Assembly: GCF_001194135.2 (NCBI RefSeq)
Contig: NC_068984.1
Location: 38,671,465 to 38,735,464 of the forward strand
Reading direction: 5' to 3'
Origin: Octopus bimaculoides
Taxonomy: Eukaryota
DNA length: 64,000 nucleotides
Below the pieces are notes generated by a model. It saw only the letters and a program-made list of their open reading frames with translations, was not told the DNA's origin and did not search any database. How positions within the stretch are numbered: position 1 is the first letter of the stretch; each line of letters opens with the position of its first letter. The translations under genes and the position numbers were made by a program. This document shows, in pieces, positions 14,153 through 22,930 of this stretch.

Positions 14153-15477
14153 CTATCTGGCGTTTCCTGAACTTACTGCTTTGTTAATACTGTTGCTATT
14201 AATGTTATTATTGTTGCTTCGGCTGGCATTACTGTTGCTGCTTTTGCTGTCTTTCACGATACCGCCGTCGTCTATATTGTCGTTTGTGTAGTTTGGTTTA
14301 ATTTGTTGGTTCACGAGGAAAATCTGATTGCTGACAGATGAATGAAAGAGAGAAGGATATAAACCTTTTTCTGTGTGGCTACTCCCTTTACTGGAATTCG
14401 GTTTCCACGCTGACTTTGAAGTGTTACTTTGGTCAGATTTACTCCAGATATCCCTGATCTCATTTGCTTTCAGATTTCTATTTCTCGGTGTACTTTGTTC
14501 TTGTTTTTCCTGTTGATGCTGCTGCTGATGATGATGATCTTCATTTTCAAGCAATTGTTGTTCTTTTTGCAGTTGTTGTTGTTCTTCTTTTTGTTGTGGC
14601 TGTTGTTGTTGATCTTGTTGTTTGTGTTCTTCGTGCTGCTGAAGTTGTGGAATTGATCCGTTTTGACGTTGTTGATCTTGCTTCTTTTCTTGTGATTGCT
14701 GTAGTTGTCGTTGCTGCTGTTTCTGTCTCATCATGAATAATTTCCTTTGTCGTAGTTGATGCTGCCTCAGTAGTTTTCTTCTCAGTTGTTGCTGTCTTTG
14801 CCACAGTTCTGATCTCTTCTTTTCCAGCTCTTTCAAAAACTTTCGTCGCTTTCCCTCTCTCGCAAGGTATTCTTTTAAATATCTATCTCTTGCTTTATTT
14901 CCATCGTTTTCATTATTCTCTTTCCCTTCCTCTTCTGCATTTTTTACATTTTTAACTTTTGCCTTTCCTATTACTGTTTTTTCTTCACCTCTAGGCCGTT
15001 CTGAATTAGAGTTTCCTTTACGTTGCTGCTGATGCTGCTGTTGTCCCTGCTTATTTTCTGTTAAATTCCCCATTCCAGTGCTTTGATCTGATTTATTACG
15101 CATCTGCTTTCTATTCCACTCAAACTCATCAATTATTCGATTTTCCTCCGTACTCGTTGGCAAACTAACACCATCCTGATTTCGTTGATGTTCATCTTTA
15201 GTAGATGGAACTAGCTTCTCCGAGCTCTTTTTCGTTGATATAACTCGTGATCTACGACTAGGATCGTTCGGTTTCGTATCAATATTGATTCCATCCCGCA
15301 AACTACTCTTCCAAGTCGGAGTACAATTGTTGTCTTTTTTCCAGTTACACACAACACCGTCGAATATCAAGCCAAATGGACATTTCTGACGAAAACCCCT
15401 TCCGTTAGCACACAAGTAAAAATGCTCACATGATGTCGGGTCGGTATATATCCCAATTGGGGTGGGACAAGTAAAAC
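14153..15477 (-). CDS. Coding exon 3: CBM14 domain 2 plus long Q/K/E/R/N-rich disordered and coiled-coil tail
   Basis: Acceptor ttttaaaacAG (AG = 15479-15478), phase 1 matching exon 2. Translation (G)FTCPTPIGIYTDPTSCEHFYLCANGRGFRQKCPFGLIFDGVVCNWKKDNNC (six Cys) continues in the 420-aa ORF of the track to TAG at 14153. 79+213+1325 nt = 539 codons (538 aa). The 3' end may instead splice at GTAAGT 14176. Confidence 0.9.
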
Positions 15478-15552
15478 CTGTTTTAAAAGAAATCGAATAT
15501 CAGAATCAGTAACAATTTTAAAATTAATGTGAATGTTGGTGTATTATACATT

Positions 15553-15671
15553 GAGTGTGTGTGCGTGTGTGTGTGTGTGTTGCGTATGTATGCGTATGTG
15601 TGTGTAAGTATGAATCTATATACAAGTATGTATACATCTATCTATCTATCTATCTACATATATATATATAT

Positions 15672-15716
<45 letters not shown>

Positions 15717-15930
15717 TGTATGTACATAAATATATGAATATATATTATTGTATGTATATGTGTGTGTGTGTGTGTGGTGTGTGTGTGTGCCTGTTTGTGT
15801 ATAAGTATACATAACGCACATGAATGTGCATATATGTGTGTGTATGGACGCGTATGTTTGTGTGCATACATAAATTTATACACACACGCGCACACACATC
15901 CACAAACACACACACACACACACACACGTA
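15553..15930. repeat. Compound (GT)/(AT)/(CA) microsatellite at the 3' end of intron 2
   Basis: Direct inspection. Confidence 0.9.
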
Positions 15931-16351
15931 TTCCCTATCAAATATATTTTAAAAGTCCCTAAATACAAAAAAAAAAAAACGCATCATTTAATTAAAGCAA
16001 CCAAGTGATACAGCTAAGCCGTAACAACAAAAAAAATAATAATAAGTAACAAATCAAGTGACGCAGAATATCCCTTTTATATTTGTTTCCTTTAATTCAA
16101 AGGTTAATTCCAACAAGACCTAAAAATATTCAACTCCCGGCCACTTGATGACATTCTACAAAGGACAAGCGCAACCCTCATCAAAGAACTACTGATAAAT
16201 CATAATCGGCGTTGATGCTACACATTAAACATCCTACACAGCATCCGCCCCCTACAAAGGCCATTAGCGAGCAACAAGGAAGCCCCTATGACATCACTCA
16301 ACTTTCTAGAAATCACATTCAAATCCTCCTTCAGTGTTAAAAAAGAATGGA

Positions 16352-16522
16352 AGCTGTAGCGAAGCTAGGGGGCGGTTCCCGAATAGGGCTATGCTTTTAT
16401 TCGGGTGGCAATTTTGAGTTTTCTGTATAAGCCTTTATAGGCTACGGGGCCAGTACAGACCAGTGGAGAGCAGCTAAATCGAGCGCTGCTCTTGGCGGCA
16501 CAAACTCTTGCTACGCCACTGC
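16352..16522. mobile_element. Possible short MITE
   Basis: GC-richer island. Right end GCTACGCCACTGC is the reverse complement of GCAGTGGCGTAGC; left end GCTGTAGCGAAGC is an imperfect match. Confidence 0.3.
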
Positions 16523-16543
16523 CGGGGAGGGCACATTAGATAA

Positions 16544-16681
16544 TGGTTTCAAATTCTGACACAAGGCCAGCAATTTTAAGGGCATAGGGTGAGTCGTTTA
16601 CATCGACGCCAGTGTTCTGCTAGTACTTATTTTATCGACCCCGAAAGAATGAAAGGTAGAATCGACCCCAGCGGAATTAGA
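16544..16681 (-). mobile_element. 5'-truncated SINE family A with 12-bp target-site duplication
   Basis: Family A 3' half flanked by CACATTAGATAA at 16532-16543 and 16682-16693. Confidence 0.85.
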
Positions 16682-18345
16682 CACATTAGATAACGTAAAC
16701 GCAGATATGCCCTTTTGACTGTCATTGCTCTTTTTTTTTTCTTTACTTGACTTACTGCTGCTTTATATTTCNNNNNNNNNNNNNNNNNNNNNNNNNNNNN
16801 NNNNNNNNNNNNNNNNNNNNNNNNNNNNNNNNNNNNNNNNNNNNNNNNNNNNNNNNNNNNNNNNNNNNNNNNNNNNNNNNNNNNNNNNNNNNNNNNNNNN
16901 NNNNNNNNNNNNNNNNNNNNNNNNNNNNNNNNNNNNNNNNNNNNNNNNNNNNNNNNNNNNNNNNNNNNNNNNNNNNNNNNNNNNNNNNNNNNNNNNNNNN
17001 NNNNNNNNNNNNNNNNNNNNNNNNNNNNNNNNNNNNNNNNNNNNNNNNNNNNNNNNNNNNNNNNNNNNNNNNNNNNNNNNNNNNNNNNNNNNNNNNNNNN
17101 NNNNNNNNNNNNNNNNNNNNNNNNNNNNNNNNNNNNNNNNNNNNNNNNNNNNNNNNNNNNNNNNNNNNNNNNNNNNNNNNNNNNNNNNNNNNNNNNNNNN
17201 NNNNNNNNNNNNNNNNNNNNNNNNNNNNNNNNNNNNNNNNNNNNNNNNNNNNNNNNNNNNNNNNNNNNNNNNNNNNNNNNNNNNNNNNNNNNNNNNNNNN
17301 NNNNNNNNNNNNNNNNNNNNNNNNNNNNNNNNNNNNNNNNNNNNNNNNNNNNNNNNNNNNNNNNNNNNNNNNNNNNNNNNNNNNNNNNNNNNNNNNNNNN
17401 NNNNNNNNNNNNNNNNNNNNNNNNNNTAGATAACGTAAACGCAGATATGCCCTTTTGACTGTCATTGCTCTTTTTTTTTCTTTACTTGACTTACTGCTGC
17501 TTTATATTTCCTTTTTTACCCTTTCAAATGAGTTCTAGTTGCACACAAGCCCCGTTGCAATGAGGTCAGTATCATTATTTCTTTTATTAAACACTCTACC
17601 TGAAAAAAAAAAAAGGGTGAAATGGTCACGGCTGTTTTGCTTTTGATCATATGTCCATTCTACGCATTGGTAACCGTTTTCGCAAAGTGGGCCGCTTGAG
17701 ACAAGGTTCATCATCAGTCGAGCCGCACCACTAAAAAAAGCATTCTAAGTAATTTTTCGTGTTGGTGTGCCATTCAGAAAGTCCGCGGACTGCAGTTTGC
17801 CCATGACTGATCTATTCGATGAGGACTAAACCTGTCAAGAGGAAGGGATCATTGTAAAATTGAGGAGTGGTTCATTCAGTGAGAATGCTAGGTTTAGTTC
17901 CTTGTGGGTGTTGTCAAAAGAAAAACAGTCGTAGTGATCTGATTGGTTATTAGAGCTGATCAGCTCGAGATGAATGTCTCCATCCATGAAATGTCAAATG
18001 ACTAAATATCAGCAAACAATACACGATTTGTCAAACATTCTTGCCTGGCATTCATGCGTCTAATACGCCAGGTTACTATTATTTTATAATTTACTTACTA
18101 GTCTACCTACTGTCGAAAAACATATTTAGTCTCTGACTCACCCATTCACTTACTCACACGTAGAATGTCTCTCTATTTGTTTTTCTTGCTTTCTCTTTCT
18201 CGGCCATTCACTTTCTTTCGTTCAGTCTCTCCCTGATTATCAGACATTTTATACTAACCATGTAATTCAAATTTTATTTCACCTATCTTTACAAGTCAGC
18301 ATTATTTACATTTGACGGATATTTGTCCTCATCTTATTTGATACT

Positions 18346-18388
18346 AACACGTTTCGGCTGATATACCCTCCAGCCTTCATCAGGTGTC
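18346..18388 (-). ncRNA. Type I hammerhead ribozyme motif, probably inactive (no stem III/cleavage triplet)
   Basis: GACAC-CUGAUGA-A-GGCUG(GAGGGUAUAU)CAGCC-GAAAC-GUGUU: core, 5-bp stem II, and stem I GACAC/GUGUU directly after GAAAC. Confidence 0.75.
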
Positions 18389-18465
18389 TTGGGGAAATTT
18401 CGAACCTGGGTTCTCATTCCTAAGATATTTTTCGATGTTATTATTATTATTATTATTATTATTCA

Positions 18466-18538
18466 GGTCAGTGCTTGGAATCGAACTCGGAATCATGGGG
18501 TTAGTAGCCCGCGCTCTTAACCACTACGCCATATGCCC
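18466..18538 (-). promoter_or_regulatory. tRNA-derived Pol III-type internal promoter segment
   Basis: GGGCATATGGCGTAGTGGTTAAGAGCGCGGGCTACTAACCCCATGATTCCGAGTTCGATTCCAAGCACTGACC: A box TGGCGTAGTGG, B box GTTCGATTCC. The acceptor stem does not pair, so this is not a functional tRNA. Confidence 0.7.
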
Positions 18539-19239
18539 GTGGAGTGAATTATGGAGTGAATTTTAGGGCTTATAAGTCTAATATTTTCCTATCCTTCCTT
18601 AATACCGGTTCCCATATGCTACTCATATCTACACTCGGTCTGCTAAGGAGGTTGTTGTGTCCTAGCATATGTGCTGCTAGTTTTCGTATTTTCCAGTAAT
18701 GTTCTCTGTCTATTATTTTAACTTCATCCCACTGGGGGAGGTGGTCCGTCAAATGGATATAATGTATATAATGTACATAATTCCTCATCTCTTAAATATA
18801 GAACTGAACTCATAGTCAAGTTTAGGATTGTCTTTTTCACTAGCTTGCCGAAACTATCTGATATTAGTTGTCTACATTCTGAGTGTGCTTTATTTATGTC
18901 CATACTCGTTAAAAGAGAAAGAGAATGATGCAACGAATGAAACTGCTTTGGCTAGATATACGTTCCTACGTATACACATATAAATAGAGAGAAAACAAAA
19001 ACTAAAAATCTTCAGACTATGAATATTCATGCTTGTTAACATCACACCATCCCCCTTAAATTTTCTGTCGTTCTTAAGTGTGTAAGTTTGCTCTATTGAT
19101 AATATAAATATCTATATATCTATACATAAATATTCATCGTCTGGATATTTTCAGTGTTTGTTTTCTCACTATTTACATGTATGTCTGTATCTATATTTTG
19201 TATATCGAGCCCAAGCGGTTTCATTTATTTATTTGCATC

Positions 19240-19385
19240 ATTGTCTCTATATCTGCTCACTTTAATTCCTCTTATAGCCACTCTTTACCCCGCGGACTTA
19301 GTCCTCAGTAAAGATTTCGGAGTGTAAGTTCAAATTATTTGAGCGCTACTGAGTATCTTCTATATTGGGCATCTCTGGATCTCAT
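19240..19385. repeat. Dispersed repeat shared with 63645-63795 (possibly Penelope-associated)
   Basis: CTCTATATC.GCTCA.TT.ATTCCTCTTA.AGCCACTCTTT.CCCCG.GGA...GTAAAGA..TCGGAGT.TAAGTT...TCTTCTATA..GGATCTCAT in both places. Confidence 0.7.
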
Positions 19386-19389
19386 CTGT

Positions 19390-19393
<4 letters not shown>

Positions 19394-19445
<52 letters not shown>

Positions 19446-19524
19446 GATCTCTCTCCCTCTTTCTCTCTCTCTCCCTCTTTCTCTCTCTCTCCCTCTTTCT
19501 CTCTCTCTCTCTCTCTCTGTACAT

Positions 19525-19559
<35 letters not shown>

Positions 19560-19572
19560 TACACACACACAT
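19394..19572. repeat. (CT)n-(CA)n compound microsatellite
   Basis: Direct inspection. Confidence 0.95.
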
Positions 19573-19583
19573 AAATATAATTA

Positions 19584-19750
19584 AATTAGGCAACTGTTTA
19601 ATAATGTATCACCAAAAAGGAAAATTATAATTGTCGTTAAATATGACAGAAGGTGTTAGAACACCTACAATGCTAGAAATAATAGCTAAAGTGCGCTGGT
19701 GCTGCAGTCAATGGACATAATTGTATACATACATACTGATAGCGACCGTA
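19584..19750. repeat. Direct repeat copy A (~165 bp)
   Basis: AATTAGG...AATGTATCACCAAAAAGGAAAA..ATAATTGTC..GTTAGAACACCTACAATGCTAGAAATAA...AGCGACCGTAA, repeated at 20333-20498 with scattered mismatches. Confidence 0.9.
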
Positions 19751-19777
19751 AATGGTCGAAAGTGGCGGTCATGATAT

Positions 19778-19828
19778 CCCTGTACTGTCGACGGTTTCGA
19801 GTTTAAGAACGAAGCCTCATCAGCAGGG
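19778..19828 (-). ncRNA. Type I hammerhead ribozyme with complete core and near-palindromic stem III
   Basis: CCCUG-CUGAUGA-GGCUUCGUUCUUAAACUC-GAA-ACCGUCGACAGU-A-CAGGG: stem I CCCUG/CAGGG, G10.1-C11.1, GAAA, stem III ACCGUCGACAGU, cleavage triplet GUA. Confidence 0.8.
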
Positions 19829-19923
19829 TCGTCACAACTCACCAGTTTCCGGACGAGATCACCAGCAGTATATATGTCTACTTCATAGAAATCTATGGGT
19901 CATTTAGTGAATCGCCAATGTAT

Positions 19924-20308
19924 GTTGTTGTTGGCACTCCGTCGCTTACGACGTCGAGGGTTCCAGTTGATCCGATCAACGGAACAGCCTGCTCGTGAAA
20001 TTAACGTGCAAGTGGCTGAGCACTCCACAGACATGTGTACCCTTAACGTAGTTCTCGGGGATATTCAACGTGACACAGTGTGACAAGGCTGACCCTTTGA
20101 ATTACAGGCACAACAGAAACAGGAAGTAAGAGTGAGAGAAAGTTGTGGTGGAAGAGTACAGCAGGGTTCGCCACCATCCCCTGCTGGAACTTCGTGGAGC
20201 TTTAGGTGTTTTCGCTCAATAAATACTCACAACGCCCGGTCTGGGAATCGAAACCGCGATCTTATGACCGCGAGTCCGCTGCCCTAACCACTGGGCCATT
20301 GCGCCTCC
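19924..20308 (-). mobile_element. tRNA(Arg)-like SINE family C, full-length, with (AAC)n tail
   Basis: Minus-strand head GGAGGCGCAATGGCCCAGTGGTTAGGGCAGCGGACTCGCGG...GGTTTCGATTCCCAG with A- and B-box-like motifs. Body GGCACTCCGTCGCTTACGACGTCGAGGGTTCCAGTTGATCCGATCAACGGAACAGCC recurs at ~51509-51821 and ~53605-53840. Confidence 0.9.
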
Positions 20309-20332
20309 CGCCGATGTATACACAAATAATCA

Positions 20333-20498
20333 AATTAGGTAGCTGTTCAGCAATGTATCACCAAAAAGGAAAACTATAATTGTCATTAAATATGACAGAT
20401 CGTTAGAACACCTACAATGCTAGAAATAAGAACTAAAATGCTCTGATGCTGCAGCCAACGCACATAATTGTATACATACATACTGACAGCGACCGTAA
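20333..20498. repeat. Direct repeat copy B (~165 bp)
   Basis: Diverged copy of 19584-19750. Confidence 0.9.
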
Positions 20499-20512
20499 GC
20501 GTGAAACTAATA

Positions 20513-20546
<34 letters not shown>

Positions 20547-20727
20547 TTAGGGCGTTGCACTCCCGGCCACATGATCGTGCTTTCGATTCCTGGGCCGGGT
20601 GGTGCGTTGTGTTCTTGAGCAAAATCAAAACAAAAATCACTTCATTTTATGTTACTCTAGTCCACTTGGCTTTAAATAAGACAACGTGCGACGGAGTGGC
20701 GTCCCGTTCGGTTCTATACACAAGCTA

Positions 20728-20819
20728 CACACGATAACTCAGTTAGCAGAGCGGAGGGCTAGAGCTGAATAATAGTAACCATCATTTTTAGCTCGATGGT
20801 TCGAATCCATCTTGCGAGA
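20728..20819 (+). pseudogene. tRNA-Tyr-derived pseudogene retaining an intron-like insert
   Basis: CGATAACTCAGTTAGCAGAGCGGAGGGCTAGAG-[CTGAATAATAGTAACC]-ATCATTTTTAGCTCGATGGTTCGAATCC aligns to eukaryotic tRNA-Tyr (CGATAGCTCAGTTGGTAGAGCGGAGGACTGTAG-intron-ATCCTTAGGTCGCTGGTTCGAATCC). The anticodon position reads AGA and the acceptor stem is broken; T-run at 20829-20838. Confidence 0.7.
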
Positions 20820-20856
20820 GAAGTAGTCTTTTTTTTTTAATGATTATTATTATTAA

Positions 20857-21073
20857 GGCAGCAAACTGGCAAAATCGTTAGCATGCTGGACGAAATGCTT
20901 GGCGGCATTTCGTGCGTCCTTACATTCTTAATTTGAATTCCACCAAAGTCGATTTTGCCTTTCATCCCTTTTGGGGTCGCTAAAATAAGTACCAGTTGAG
21001 TACTGGAGCCGATGTAATCGACTTACCTCCTCCTCCCGAACTTACCGGCCTTGTGCCAAAATTTTAAACCAAT
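20857..21073 (+). mobile_element. SINE family A
   Basis: Full-length match to the family A unit. Confidence 0.85.
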
Positions 21074-21366
21074 AAGAATATAAAAAGACATATAGTTGAA
21101 CGCTTATACTTTCATGCGTACTTACACATCCTTACATGCATGCATACATACACATACATATGTATTTACATGCGTAAATGTAGTTACATAAATGCATATG
21201 TACACGCATACACTTACAAAACATTGTACTAAAACAAATACTTTAAACGGTGAAATTAATAATTTACAGTATAAGTATCGAGTTCTTACCACACTAGCTG
21301 TTCGTTACCTGTTATTTCAATTACTAAGATGCACTGGCCTAACATGTAGTTAGTGAAAGTAGATAG

Positions 21367-21401
<35 letters not shown>

Positions 21402-21990
21402 AGAAAATTGAGTGTACATGTAAAAGACGAAGACAAAGTCGGAGAAAAGGAATGAGCTACAGAGAGAGAGGGGGGAAGAGGGAAAGACAGCGGGAGGGAT
21501 TTCAACTTACTAACATGACGATGTGGTTAAAAACGTCACTTTACCCTGATTCCGAGTTCGATCCTACAGCGTTGTACCATGTGTCTTGAGAGTATATATA
21601 TATATATATTTAATAAATTCAAAAAGGGATAAAACTCTTTTACAAGAATTTTATCAAGAAGCCAGAGTGTAAAAAAATTCATAAGGGAAATTTCTCTTCC
21701 CAAGAATATAATTATATGTTTATCAGTGTGTGGCATTATTATTCTGTAGTAATGCCCCTTATATAAATATAAACGTATAATTATATGAATATAAACGTAN
21801 NNNNNNNNNNNNNNNNNNNNNNNNNNNNNNNNNNNNNNNNNNNNNNNNNNNNNNNNNNNNNNNNNNNNNNNNNNNNNNNNNNNNNNNNNNNNNNNNNNNN
21901 NNNNNNNNNNNNNNNNNNNNNNNNNNNNNNNNNNNNNNNNNNNNNNNNNNNNNNNNNNNNNNNNNNNNNNNNNNNNNNNNNNNNNNNNNN

Positions 21991-22930
21991 TCGTGTACCC
22001 TTCAACGTGTCGACATGCTAACCATTGAAGAACGTCCGTTTTTAGTTGAATGGGTGTTTCGAGCTGGAAGCAAATACACAGATACTGTGAAACAGAAGTT
22101 CAGGGAAACTTTTCCAAATACTGTTGTTCCACATTGTGACACTGTGCAGGATTTGATAAGAAAATTTAGAAACACAGGCTCAGTGGAAGACGCAGCAAGA
22201 AGCGGTAGGCCTACTGTTCTTTCAGACGAAACACTCTCCAATATTTCTGATAAACTGTTGGCAAGCCCGTCAAAGTCCTTACGCAAATTGTCACAGGAAA
22301 CGGAAATCAGCCTAGAAAGTGCTCACACGGCAGTAAAAAAGTAATTAAATTTCTTTCCATACAAGAATTGAAGACTACGGATCATGCTAAAAGGCTTCAT
22401 TATTGTCATTGGTTCCAAAATTTTGTTGCCGAAAAAGGCATAGAAGTGCTGGATGGGTGTTTTTACACCGATGAGGCTTGGTTTCATCTGTCGGGACACA
22501 TAAATTCACAAAACACACGGTTATGGAGCACTGAGAATCCACACGCGACGCATGAGCAACCACTGCATCCCGAAAAAGTTGCAATATGGATAGCAATTTC
22601 GGGAAAGCGTATTGTGGGACCGATATATTTTAAAGACACCATCAACACTGAGAGATATTGCTCAAATATTGTATATCCATTTGTAGGACAACTCTCTGAA
22701 AGTGAAATTAATAATGCATACTTTCAGCAAATTGGAGCACATACTTCGCGCATCACCATGGCACTACTTCAAGGGTTTTTCGGTGAACGTATTATTTCGA
22801 AGGGACTTTGGCTACCAAGATCACCTGATTTAACACCGTCAGACTTTTTTTTCTGGGGAGCAAGTAAAAGATCAGTGTACAAGAATCGCCCGAAAACCGT
22901 TAATGAACTAAAAGACGCAATCATAACCTT
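21991..22930 (+). mobile_element. Decayed Tc1/mariner-superfamily transposase (DDxD type, rosa/DD41D-like N-terminus)
   Basis: HTH region LIRKFRNTGSVEDAARSGRP..SPSKSLRKLSQE, FYTDEAWFHLSGHINSQNTRLW, VGPIYF, YFQQIGAH (second Asp lost), WLPRSPDLTPSDFFFWG. Stop at 22342-22344 plus a frameshift; 5' end lies in an N gap. Confidence 0.9.

Larger units (their letters stand above)
18300..18810 (-). mobile_element. Penelope-like element 3' end (GIY-YIG C-terminus, tRNA-like segment, hammerhead, inverted 5' piece)
   Basis: 18745-18570 encodes HLPQWDEVKIIDREHYWKIRKL-AAHMLGHNNLLSRPSVDMSSIWEPVL, resembling the C-terminal part of PLE GIY-YIG endonucleases. TCCGTCAAATG..ATAATG at 18745-18764 (+) is an inverted copy (18/20) of 18300-18319. 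Confidence 0.7.

Noticed and set aside
14429-14804. Three alternative-frame or antisense ORFs over exon 3 (poly-L, poly-V, poly-T)
   Set aside because: Shadows of the CAA/CAG-rich coding strand.
16687-17510. 85-bp sequence repeated on both sides of an N gap
   Set aside because: Sits exactly at contig ends and differs only by one T in a homopolymer; most likely an unmerged contig overlap.
17677-17717. Minus-strand CUGAUGA...GAAA motif
   Set aside because: No stem I or stem II complementarity.
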